This document shows positions 13,521 to 25,400 of a DNA stretch of 64,000 bases, piece after piece. How positions within the stretch are numbered: position 1 is the stretch's first letter; the number at the start of each line of letters is the position of its first letter. The stretch is taken from the NCBI GenBank assembly GCA_964016885.1, contig OZ024745.1:121210001-121274000 (forward strand). The letters are read 5' to 3'. The stretch comes from Eledone cirrhosa (Eukaryota). The notes beneath the pieces are model-generated. The model ran no database searches and had not been told where the DNA came from. It worked only from the letters and a program-made list of their open reading frames with translations. The translations under genes and the position numbers were made by a program.

Positions 13521-13835
13521 CCCCACTAACTCAGCCCACTACTATTTATATGTAGCGGTCCAGCCCATTCTCGCCAGGGGGACGTCGTACTCTCGTACAA
13601 CAGATATGGAACTCCATGCTGTATTTTAGTATATTATTTATCACACGCAGCAGCTCAAAGTAAAATCAAGCTTGTCTGAGATAATTTTAGTGACACCACC
13701 GATGTTTAAAATAACTTAATAACCACATTGAAACGTCGTCGCATCAGTTCTTCTGGCCTAGTAAAGAGATCTCATGATCGTCTCTATTGGGAGACAATTG
13801 GAGTAAAACTCTTTGGGAAATATAAGAGAAGAAAA

Positions 13836-13943
<108 letters not shown>

Positions 13944-14751
13944 AAGACCATAGAGAAGCTACTACAAGTAGATTTGAAATATCCAGTTAATGGAAGATTT
14001 TACAAATCATCGGTTAGCTTTTCCGCGTACATTTGGAAATCACAATGGAATATGTCACGTGATGCCGATATCATAGCTTGGGATTGGCGTGATTTCTATC
14101 GTAATTAACCAGTGTCAGATGAAATGGTGTGGTATATGTTCCACATTTTTATGTTCTGAGTTTATTCTATATTTACTATCTCTATATTTACTGTTGTATT
14201 GTCAGATTCGTTAGAACGTCGGGTGGAATGCTTTGCGGTATTAGTTTCGATTATCTGTTCTCTGAGTTCGAGTCTCGCCTAGCTCAACTTTGCCTGTCAT
14301 ACGTTCGAGATCGATAAAAAAGTACCAGGCAAGTACTAGGATCGATTCTTCCTCTATATTTCTTTCGCATTTCCATTCACTCACTCTCTATCTTTCTCTG
14401 GAAGATATCTGCTGTATTCAGACCTGTAGAGGAGATTAGCTTCCCTAGGTTTTAAAAAGAATGCTGTCGAAACGCCGTCTGTCAATACGGTGCCCCTACG
14501 ACTCTATCGGAAGTTACGCATGCAATTTATATAATGGATTGAGACTAGAAGCAATTGTATATCTGAATATTTCTATCCATTTATGTTCAGCAGTGAATCC
14601 CATCCGCAACTGACTAATTCATTTGATTGCAGCTTGTTATAGCATCGGGCAAAATGTTTTGCGGTATTTAGTTACGGCTCATAGTCCTGCCGAAGTCAAC
14701 CTTACCTTTCATCTTTCCGTGGTCAATAAAATAAAGTACTGGAGTCAATAT

Positions 14752-16095
14752 AATGGTGGTGTGGTGGTGGTGGTGGTGGTGTGGTGGTGATGATGGTGTT
14801 GGTGTTGGTGGTGGTGGTGTGGTGGTGGTGATGGTGTTGGTGTGGTGGGGTGGTGGTGGTGGTGTGGTGGTGGTGGTGGTGGTGTGGTGGTGATGGTGGT
14901 GGTGGTGGTGGTGGTGGTGGTGTGGTGGTGGTGATGGTGTTGGTGTGGTGGGGTGGTGGTGTGGTGGTGGTGATGGTGGTGTTGGTGTTGGTGTTGGTGG
15001 TGGTGGTGTTGGTGTTGGTGTTGGTGGTGGTGGTGTTGGTGTTGGTGGTGGTGGTGTTGGTGGTATGGTGGTGTGGTGGGGTGGTGGTGGTGGTGGTGAT
15101 GGTGGTGTTGGTGTTGGTGGTGGTGGTGTTGGTGGTGGTATGGTGGTGTGGTGGGGTGGTGGTGGTGGTGTGGTGATGGTGGTGTTGGTGTTGGTGGTGG
15201 TGGTGGTGGTGTTGGTGTTGGTGGTGTTGGTGGTATGGTGGTGTGGTGGGGTGGTGGTGGTGGTGGTGTTGGTGTTGGTGGTGGTGGTGTTGGTGGTATG
15301 GTGGTGTGGTGGGGTGGTGGTGGTGGTGTGGTGGTGGTGATGGTGGTGTTGGTGTTGGTGGTGGTGGTGGTGGTGTTGGTGTTGGTGGTGGTGGTGTTGG
15401 TGGTATGGTGGTGTGGTGGGGTGGTGGTGGTGGTGTGGTGGTGGTGATGGTGGTGGTGATGATTGTGGTGGTGGTTGTGGTGGTGGTGGTGTGGTGGTGG
15501 TGTGGTGGTGGTGATGGTGGTGGTGATGATTGTGGTGGTGGTTGTGGTGGTGGTGGTGTGGTGGTGGTGGTGTTGGCGGTGGTGGTGGTGATGATTGTGG
15601 TGGTGGTGTGGTGGTGGTGTGGTGGTGGTGATGGTGGTGGTGGTGGTGGTGATGTTGGTGGTGGTGATGATTGTGGTGGTAGTGGTGGTGGTGGTGGTAG
15701 TGGTGGTGATGATTGTGGTGGTGATGTTGGTGGTGGTGTGGTGGTGGTGGTGGTGGTGGTGGTATGGTGGTGGTGGTGTTGGTGGTTGTTGTTGCTGTTG
15801 TTGTGGTGATGGTAATGATGGTTGTGGTGGTGGTGATGGTGGAATGGTGGTGGTGATTGCGGTGATGGTGGTGGTGGTGGTGGTGATTGTGGTGGTGGCG
15901 GTGGTGGTGGTGGCGGTGGTGGTGGTGGCGGAGATGGTAGTGATGACGATGAAGGTAGTGGTGATGGTGTTGGTGACGATGATGGTGATGGTTGTGGTGG
16001 TGGTAGTGGTGATGATGGTAGTGGTGGTGGTGGTGGTGGTGGTGATGGTGAATGTGGTGGTGGTGGTGGCGGTGGTGGAAATGGTGGTGATGATA
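14752..16095. repeat. (GGT)n-based compound microsatellite, about 1.3 kb
   Basis: GGT/GTT/GAT triplets with higher-order blocks. Confidence 0.95.
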
Positions 16096-16447
16096 ACTAT
16101 TTTGTCTTTTTTTTCTGAAAAGATTTCATTTGATAAAAAAAAAATCAATCTTGTTCAATGCATTTTCTCTTATTATTCACATGTATTGATTTCTAGCAAG
16201 CTAATTATTTGCAAAATAATTTAGCGTCATGTTACCAAATAATTATTCTTCCTTTTCTGCATGAAATTTAAATATTTATTTTCCGTTTGGCAATAGTGTA
16301 TTTAAGTCCCCCTTGTTTGTCCATGGTATAGCTTCAATGAATACATCTCACGTTGTCTATTTCTTAAACTAATTCTGATAAATATAAACGGAACATATTT
16401 ATCATGTTGCCATATGCTTTATTTACTATTGCATGACGGGATTCGTA

Positions 16448-16899
16448 GATTGGCAGTATCGGTAGAGCATCAGACACCATGCTTTGCAGCATAGAGTTAC
16501 GGTCCTTTACGGCCTGAATTCAAATCCTGTCGAAGTTAACTTTGCCTTTCATCCTTACAGGGGTCGATTAAATAAAATCAAGTCAAGTACTGGGGTCGAT
16601 TTAATCGACTTTCCCCTCCCCCCAAATTACTGGCGTTGTGCGTAAAGTAGAAATAGTTATTTATTATTATTATTGTTATTATGGCGGTGGAATGGCAGAA
16701 TCGGTAGGGCGTCGGACATCATGCTTTGCAGCATAAAGTTATGACTCGTTAGGTTCTGAGTTCAAATCCCACCGAGGTTAGCTTTGCCTTTCATCCTTAC
16801 GGGGTCGATAAAATAAAGTACCAGTAATACACAGCAGTCGATTTAATCGACCCTCCACTTTTTAAATTGCTGGCTTTGTGTCTAAAGTAGAAATCGTTA
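16448..16899 (+). mobile_element. Two tandem SINE family A copies (16448-16660, 16682-16899)
   Basis: Both carry A/B boxes and the family core; joined by a (TTA)n tail. Confidence 0.85.
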
Positions 16900-17214
16900 T
16901 ATATGTTCAAATCCAGCGGAGATGGCGTCACATATAAGTTTATATTAAAATACAAGTATATATACAGTATATGTACATATAACACATATATATGTGAGAG
17001 TATGTCTATATATGTACACAGACATACTCTCACGTCTTGCCGATGGAATCTCTTCCAGTTTCTTACTTTCCTGACCACTACAATTTGCAAAAATTCAAAC
17101 GCAATTTCAATGGTCGTCTCCTCTCTGTCTCACCCTTTTCCTTTCTCAGTAATCTCTAGCATTTCAGATGCTTTATTGCTTTGCTTGGGGTGAGTAAATT
17201 ATAAAAAAAGATTC

Positions 17215-17870
17215 CGTGTTTTCTTGTGAATATGTTCAGGTGTGTTCTTCACAATGTCCATCTATACGAAGTTCTCACCACCTCTGTCTACACCTCATCG
17301 TCTCTGCTCACCGTCTCTGCTCATCGTCTCTGCTCCCACTCCACAAACTTCAATTTTCTAACCAAACCTCTGCTTTATCTCCCGGTCGACGAAGCCCCGT
17401 ATCTACACCGCGTCGCTCCTCTTCATTCTTTTCTATGGAGCAGAAACGTAACCCTACACGCGGACCCCGACAAAGAGGATCGCCGGCTTCGATAGCAGAG
17501 CTCTGAGGCCCATCGAGAACATCAGATGGTACCACTACGTTTCCAACGAAGAGCTGTGTGCCCGCACGCATCATCCCGCAGCCTCTCGCTTCATAGCCAT
17601 GGGCCGCATGCTCTGGTACGGACATGTCCTTCGCTTCCCACCAGATCATCATATCAGGGATTTACTCTCGTTCAACGCAGCAGCTGAGAGCTGGAAGAGG
17701 CCACGCAGCGGTCTCCGCCCCAGATGGCTGGATGTGATTAAGGAAGATCTCCAGAGATTTGGAGGATGCAGAGGGGCTGGAACAGGGCCGACAACGATTG
17801 GGGGCAGTGGTAGAAGAAGAAGAAGAAGAAGAAGAAGAAAAAGAAAAAGAAGAAGAAAAAGAAGAAGAAG
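17215..17870 (+). mobile_element. RTE-clade LINE 3' fragment with (AGA)n tail
   Basis: Frameshifted C-terminus ...LWYGHVLRFPPDH...WKRPRSGLRPRWLDVIKEDL resembles the RTE ORF2 end. Confidence 0.7.
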
Positions 17871-18478
17871 ACCATATAACACGTTGCTGAGAAAGACAGT
17901 CTTCTATATAAACTGTGAAATTCAATAAAATCGATTGAAATACCACAAAATTTCTAACAATACATACAACGCAAGATGGTTGTATTTGGATATTCGATTA
18001 TTTCAAACGAGACACACCTTGAGAAATAACAAATATTTCAGTGACACAGAAAATAATACAGAAACACTGAGTAAGACATCAATTTATCGACAATAAACAT
18101 GTCATGGACATCTATTAACATATATATTTCATCTACTTTTAGTCATATGTGTGTTGAACGACCGTTTGTTCTGATAATACGTGCTACAGTGGTCTAAATG
18201 GGAAATGAGAGGGTCAATAGTGTAAAATTACACACCAGGTCCGAACACAGAGGAACCAAACTCTCGCCCTTCCCAATCTCTCACTATTAGGAGCAAATGG
18301 GGTCCCACGCGCTGACTGCCTCACGGCCCCGATGGTGTGGGAGATGCACTTCGAAGAACCAAATTGCCTGCTCGTGAAAATAACGTGTAAGTGATCGAAC
18401 ATTTCACAAACACGTGTACTTTTAACGTAGTTCTCAGGGAGATTCAGAATGACACACTGTGCAACAATTTTTTTTTCT

Positions 18479-18498
18479 TATATATATATATATATACA

Positions 18499-18554
<56 letters not shown>

Positions 18555-18751
18555 TATATATATATATATATATACAGTATATATATATACATATATATAT
18601 AAAAATATATATATATATATATATATATAAACATATATATATATATATAAACATATATATATATATAAACATATATATATATATATAAACATATATATAT
18701 ATATATATAAACATATATATATATATATAAACATATATATATATATATATA

Positions 18752-18812
<61 letters not shown>

Positions 18813-18981
18813 ATATATATATAAACATATATATATAAACATATATATATAAACATATATATATAAACATATATATATATATAAACATATATATATATAT
18901 ATAAACATATGTATATATTTAAACATATGTATATATATAAACACATATATATATATATATAAACATATATATATATATATA

Positions 18982-19036
<55 letters not shown>

Positions 19037-19055
19037 ACATATATATATATATATA

Positions 19056-19118
<63 letters not shown>

Positions 19119-19137
19119 ACATATATATATATATATA

Positions 19138-19196
<59 letters not shown>

Positions 19197-19306
19197 ATAT
19201 ATATATATATATAAACATATATATAAACATATATATATATATATATATATATATAAACATATATATAAACATATATATATATATATATATATAAACATAT
19301 ATATAT
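18479..19306. repeat. (TA)n microsatellite with AAAC interruptions
   Basis: Direct inspection. Confidence 0.95.
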
Positions 19307-19394
19307 GATGTCAGATACAATACATGCAATGCAATGCTTTTCCCCCTTGATGATATTAAATGAAAGAGATATAAAATAAAATGAGGGGTTTTAC

Positions 19395-19527
19395 CTGGGG
19401 AAGGCTTCATAGATCGTGTGGGCTTGACGGCCCTTACAGCTGGTTTACTTAGTCGATCGAAAAAGTCCTTCTGTGCAGCTATAGCTGCAGCTTTTTCTTC
19501 GTTTACAGGCTCTTTTTTCTTCTTTTC
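19395..19527 (-). CDS. 133-nt coding exon of host gene ([44 protein letters not shown], phase 0 to 1)
   Basis: catttattgcAG|GAA AAG and CCA G|GTAAAA. Protein-like sequence, phase matches the exon starting at 11803. Confidence 0.75.
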
Positions 19528-19676
19528 CTGCAATAAATGCCAAGAACTTACACTAACTAATGAGAGGGTCTCTATGTGACCATTTGACATTCAAGAAAAA
19601 GCAGCCATTTGTCCCTCAAATTACAATTGATTCCAACACCAGTATTTCAATGTACCCCCCCCACACACACTATATA

Positions 19677-19733
<57 letters not shown>

Positions 19734-19884
19734 TAAAATACCAGATTAAAGTTTAAGCAAAGAATCGGTGCTTTCACCCTTAACGGGATCTTCTGAAACT
19801 AAAAAATTCAATCTGTGAACGCAGAAGTAAATATTTCGAAAAACGTTGCAATCTTTGGATTTTAGTCTTCACATTTATTATTAT

Positions 19885-19942
<58 letters not shown>

Positions 19943-20137
19943 GACGACCCGTGCCCCGTTGGGTCACATTAATTTTTTTTTAAATGTTTAAATCGTGTTC
20001 ACTTAAAAATAATTTTTAAATAATTAAAATATACACAGACATGCATATAAAGTGAAATGAAACTGGAAGGCCCATATATATACGTGTGTATATGTATATA
20101 TATATAAATGTGTGTGTTTGTATACACACACACACAC

Positions 20138-20193
<56 letters not shown>

Positions 20194-20602
20194 AGTGTGT
20201 GTGTATATATGTATGTGTGAGTGTGTGTGTATATATATATATGTGTGGGTGTCTGTGATCTATATACACTGGTCATAGACACACACATATACGCACATAC
20301 ATATATATACACACACACTCACATATATATGCACAACAACACCACCAGCTCTCTCTCTTCCATTCTCCTTCTCTGTCTCCTCTCCCTCCTTCTATGTCTA
20401 TTTTTCTCTCTCTCTCTGTTTATGAAGGTACTCAGAAAAAGCCATATCTCGGGAACCCGTCCTCCGATTTACGCGAAACTTTTTTTTATTCCATTTGTAT
20501 TCCCATTTCAGAGTCAACTTCCTTTCAAAGTATTTTCCCATTATGCGACCTTTTGGCTGTATTACATTACAGACAAGCAAGCAAGCAATCACAGGATTTT
20601 AG

Positions 20603-20673
<71 letters not shown>

Positions 20674-21134
20674 AGTAGTAATCGGTTAAATTGGTCAATT
20701 TGAGTAACATGAAATCGAAGTCTGTGTCAATATACATATTTTGATATACGAATCGATTTCATAGCTGTTCCTGTGGTCATCAACCGTAGGTATAATGAGT
20801 GGTAATTCCTGGAGTATTTATATAGAAATCAATAAATTATATGAATACACCAAATTCCATAATTGAAGGATCAAAATTTATTATGTAACTTACACATGTT
20901 TCGTTAATATGTAAACGATTACATCTAGAATCACTAATCCGACGTAGATGTCAGGATAATTCGACTTCAAATATGTTGCATCTCGACTTTACATATTAAC
21001 TTATCAAATTTATTGATATATATATATATATATATCCTGACATCTACGTTGGATTAAGGATTCTAGATGTAATCGTTTACATATTAACGAAACATATGTA
21101 TATATGTATAGTCATACACAACAAGTAAACTCAC

Positions 21135-21288
21135 CTCTTTTAATGCTTGCAAATAGGGATGTTTCCCATCCATGATATTGCGTGTGCCGACATAAGCGGC
21201 TCCAACAAATGGTGGCAGTTCAGACGTCTTGCTCAATTTTTTCTTTTGATTAGATTCAGATTTGCATCTTTCATTTATTTCAGCAACC
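21135..21288 (-). CDS. 154-nt coding exon of host gene (VAEINERCKSESNQKKKL...GKHPYLQALKE, phase 2 to 0)
   Basis: cttttctcactttAG|G GTT and GAG|GTGAGT. Open, phase matches the exon starting at 19527. Confidence 0.78.
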
Positions 21289-21302
21289 CTAAAGTGAGAA
21301 AA

Positions 21303-21357
<55 letters not shown>

Positions 21358-21429
21358 TGACTATTCAAACAGAACTCAAAACGTTAAGTTCTAGTTTTGA
21401 ATATGTCACTATCTGTAAAACAATTTTTG

Positions 21430-21492
21430 TATTTTATCTGATGAGAGCGTACCAAAATTTTGATACCCATGAAATATATATATAATAAAATA
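21430..21492 (+). ncRNA. Type I hammerhead ribozyme motif
   Basis: TATTTTAT-CTGATGA-[imperfect stem II]-GAAA-TATATATA-TA-ATAAAATA. Stem I 8 bp perfect. Confidence 0.65.
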
Positions 21493-21534
21493 AATATGGT
21501 TTTATAAAGATAGTTTCCATTTATTAATATCAAT

Positions 21535-21569
<35 letters not shown>

Positions 21570-21651
21570 TTAAAACAGAAAACAAAAATAATAACGAAGA
21601 GTGCAGTACAAAGTGCTAGTATTAGGTTCACGCTTGAGAGTGGGGGGCGGG

Positions 21652-21688
21652 GGACGACGTTTCGGGCATAAGCCCTTCATCAGGAGGA
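21652..21688 (-). ncRNA. Minimal hammerhead motif with decayed stem I
   Basis: CTGATGA-A-GGGC ttat GCCC-GAAA-CG-TC. Shares the flank ATTAGGTT.ACGCTTGA with the 37896 copy. Confidence 0.45.
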
Positions 21689-21970
21689 AATTGGGAAGGG
21701 AAAGAATTCCGAGGGTGTGAGGGGGAGTGGTGGAAAGACATTAAAAGGGAAGGAAAAAAATTAAGGAGAGGGTAAACAATTAAAATAAAACAAGTGGTGA
21801 AAGGGTGTGAGGCGTGTAGGGTTGGTGGTGGGTGGATGGAGGAGGAGACAGAGGATCCGAGCGGGGAGGGCGGAAGGTGGTATGTGTGTAGGTGTACGTG
21901 TGTATGTGTGGACGTGAGTGTGAGAGTTTGGGGAAAAACGAGGTTCCATGTTCGGGTAATAGGAAGACCA

Positions 21971-22044
<74 letters not shown>

Positions 22045-22083
22045 GGAACAAAGAATCAGTGTTGCATAATATACATATTTAAT

Positions 22084-22176
22084 CACATATTACATATGTT
22101 TCACTGCCGATCAGCTCGAGGAACGATCGATTATGTTCGTTCTTAACTCTGGAATCAAAAGCTCCTCAGATATGTG
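22084..22176 (-). ncRNA. Type I hammerhead ribozyme motif with extended stem II, sense to the host gene
   Basis: CACATAT-CTGAGGA-[GCT...AGT, long hairpin]-GAAA-CATATG-TA-ATATGTG. Stem I 7 bp perfect, stem III palindrome ACAUAUGU, GUA cleavage triplet. Confidence 0.78.
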
Positions 22177-22256
22177 TTTTCACATGTAGACTCACGTCAC
22201 TAAATAATGAGTCTTGTTACTTTGGAGTTTCGCCTGTTTATCTCAGGGTCACCAGG

Positions 22257-22304
22257 CTTATCTGATGATCTTGTGATAAACAGGCGAAACTCCAGAGTAA
22301 CAAG
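22257..22304 (+). ncRNA. Hammerhead motif inside a fold-back (about 22200-22317)
   Basis: CTTAT-CTGATGA-tCTTGT gataa ACAGGc-GAAA-CTCcaGAG-TA-ACAAG. The mirror arm has CTGGTGA; a partial copy lies at about 38445-38495. Confidence 0.55.
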
Positions 22305-23082
22305 ACTCACTATTTAGCCTCAATAAAATAAATATCAAAACTATTTGAGTACTCTTTTCTCTCAGCCGGCAACCTCATACGGAGATATCCCGCGGACTTT
22401 TACGAAGCGCTGAGGGGATAAAATTAATAGAGTTAATATAAAATCTGTTGTGCTTATGTGAGGAGATGCTATAAAATGGATTATAAAATAGACCCTTAAA
22501 GATGGAAAAAGTAGTTATCTTGATGAAAGTTTAGTGTTCGAAACGATAAGACCCTTTTCCTACTATATCAAACATTAAATTAATATCTATCTTCACTAAC
22601 TGTGTCATTTACTGTGTTGTTTTGCGTTTACTTTTTACACACACACACACACACACACACATGTATTTACACCAACCATGATAATATGCCATGTGTGTTT
22701 ATATATTTATTCATATATCTCTCCATCTATAACACAAATATACACAAACGTCCGCCCCATACACACAATTCATTTCCTATCTCAGTCATGTTGCGACAAA
22801 ATGATGTTCGTTTTCCAATCACAAAGTCATGGATTTTAACTCTACATTTGTCTTTGTAAATGCCTCTTACTCCAAAGTTACTCATACATTTAATCTTGTT
22901 TGTTATTTGTACATATATATTGAACACTTATATGCTAGAAAGAAAATATTAAAATAGACTTCTTATCTTTAAACACTTTCACCTGTTAGTAATTAACATA
23001 AACTATAGAGGTTCTTTTATGCAAACCACTAATTTATCATAACAAATTTCCTATTTACTATGATGGTAATATAGCCGATAGT

Positions 23083-23387
23083 AGGCCCCTTTCAGTCATG
23101 AAAAACAATGGGTTTGTATCTCGAAAATTTTCCCCCCGAAGCACAATCCTGGACGAAGTTTTCTTTTTGTGGAATACCAGTTGTCACCCATGCATACCAG
23201 TCTCTCCTCTCCAGGCCACCGATGATGTCCAAGGCTAAGGCCGATACAGCTTGGCACCAGTGACATCGCAACTCATTTTTTTCCAGCTCTGTGAACTGAA
23301 GCAACGTAAAGTAAAGTGTCTTCTCCAAGGACTCACAACCTCATGATTGTGAGCCGAACGCTCTACCCATTAAGTCACGCGCCTTCA
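23083..23387 (-). mobile_element. SINE family B, longer copy with 3' body
   Basis: Reverse complement of the family B head, plus a tail shared with 34055-34260 (GATACAGCTTGGCACCAGTGAC..CGCAACTCATTT). Confidence 0.7.
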
Positions 23388-23611
23388 CATAATAAATGCG
23401 GTAGTTCTGGTATATAAGTTATACTAATCCTGAACGCTATAGCAGTGATTATTAGCGGAACTGGTACATTAATATTTAATGTTTCTTTAAAAGTTCACGA
23501 GAAATACCAATCGCTGTAACAAATTTAGAATACAATTTTAGAATATATTCATCTATAGTATCACACAAATAAAGAAAACCATCACATACACCTGTATTTA
23601 CATCGTTATCA

Positions 23612-24070
23612 TGGGATTGGCAGTATCGGTAGAGGGTCGGATACCATGCTTTGACACAGTTACGGCCCTTGCCATTCTGAGTTCAAATCCCGCCGAGGTT
23701 AACTTTGCCTTTCATTCTTACGGGGTCGATAATAGTAGAAACACTTATTATGCTATAGTACCAGTAATATACTATTATTATGATATAGTACCAGTAATAT
23801 ACACTTATTATGATATAGTACCAGTAATGTACTATTATTATGCTATAGTACCAGTAATATACAATTATTATGATATAGTACCAGTAATATACTATTATTA
23901 TGATATAGTACCAGTAATATACAATTATTATGATATAGTACCAGTAATATACTATTATTATGATATAGTACCAGTAATGTACTATTATTATGATATAGTA
24001 CCAGTAATATACACTTATTATGATATAGTACCAGTAATGTTGGCCTTGTGCTAAAAGTTGACACAATTAT
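23612..24070 (+). mobile_element. SINE family A split by a 30-bp minisatellite (about 23740-24040, 10 copies)
   Basis: Head 23612-23731, unit TAGTACCAGTAATATACTATTATTATGATA, then the SINE end TGTTGGCCTTGTGCTAAAAGT. Confidence 0.8.
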
Positions 24071-24190
24071 GATAGCGCCAACAGAAGCTAAATAGTAACT
24101 TATCACAAACCTTTTCCAAAAAATCAGCCACTAAAATCCTAATTGGAAACTAAACGAGTAATTTTTATTTTGAAATTAAATTTGATATAC

Positions 24191-24254
24191 GTCCTTCCAT
24201 AAACGGCCTGCAGAACTTGACTTCTGCTTAAGGTTGTGCATTTTTGTAACTGTT
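24191..24254 (-). CDS. Candidate 64-nt coding exon (QLQKCTTLSRSQVLQAVYGR, phase 1 to 2)
   Basis: aaattgtctAG|AA CAG TTA ... AGG AC|GTATAT. Bridges the phase-1 end of 42594 to the phase-2 start of 21288; donor is weak. Confidence 0.45.
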
Positions 24255-24789
24255 CTAGACAATTTAATTTGCAATTCCTTTTAAAACTTTTGTATAATTT
24301 GTAAGAATTTGTGTGTAATATTTAAATACTTGCAGACTATTTCGCTCTTCTTAATTTAATATTATAAAGTGAAATATATCATTCGAAGATACAGTGAAGA
24401 ACTCTTTAAAAAATTTGACAAAAAAAAATCAATTTTAGATAAAAATGTAAATAAATTTAAATAATCAACTTTATGAAAATTTCTCAAGAAAATATTTTCA
24501 CAATTCCGAATATAATAAAATGGCACAAGAAAATAATTAAAAACAAAAGCAAAAAAAAAAAAAAAATGATCGGAGCTGAGAACAAATGGATGCGAGAGGA
24601 TAACTCTAGAAATATTTTTTAAAATTAAAACCAATTAAATTTAAATATTACCTTCGATGAATAGGATTTAGAATAAAGCTGTTGAAAACTTTTACTTAAC
24701 AGAAATAAAATAAAAACAGAATTCCTTAGTAGATTCATGTGTATTTCGGATATCCCATAACAAGCCAGGTAAGTTCAGGTATCGCCTAC

Positions 24790-25400
24790 TTTCTGCAAGC
24801 GCAAAATTCTTGGATGACTAGGCTGCTACTCTGCCAGTGACCAACATTGGTGGTATTCTAAGTTTGGATGAGCTCTGCACCTACATTGCGGGAGCCGATG
24901 TCTGTGAGGGACTGAGATATCGCTGTGGTAAGTCCTTCGGCTCTACGGACGTTCGCTTGCTGCCTGAATGCTGGTCGCCCCACATCGAGCTAAACTTGAT
25001 CATTAAGCGGGCACTAACTCAGGTAAATATCCCCTCAGTTTTGGAGCCGGCTGGACTATCCAGAATTGAAGGGAGAAGCCAAATGGTCTTACCCTTTGTT
25101 ACTGGGTAAGAGGTAGATGTCTCATCTAGGATGACACAGACAGTGACTCTTCTGTCCCTTCTCACATCCTGGATGCTGCGGTAAATGTGAGAGTCAATGT
25201 TTCCATACTCGAAAGGAATAAAATTTAAACATACCGGAAGTTGTCGGTAAACCATTTCTTCCAGCCTGTGGCGTTCGAGACTTTTAGGGAAGCTGGGGGC
25301 CGCTGACAGCGAAGTTCGTGTCATTGTTAGCGGCTTCCCATACCGAGGTGTCACGTGATACCCGTGTTGGCGTGCCTAAAAGATATCCGATGACCTATGT
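24790..25400 (+). mobile_element. Degraded CRE-like (RLE-endonuclease) non-LTR fragment
   Basis: HIELNLIIKRALTQVNIPSVLEPAGLSR and CCAGCCTGTGGCGTTCGAGACTTT, shared with 59290-59710. Confidence 0.6.

Noticed and set aside
14745-16224. Thr/His/Pro- and Val/Gly/Trp-rich ORFs
   Set aside because: Translations of the (GGT)n microsatellite; no splice-phase support.
18391-19306. YIYIYI ORFs (also HTHT, CVCV and ERER ORFs elsewhere)
   Set aside because: Dinucleotide microsatellite artefacts.
24652-24678. Possible 27-nt microexon (ttttcaacAG...AAG|GTAATA)
   Set aside because: Good splice sites, but it has a stop in the phase required by the 42594>24254 chain. It could be real under another exon combination; this cannot be resolved without RNA data.
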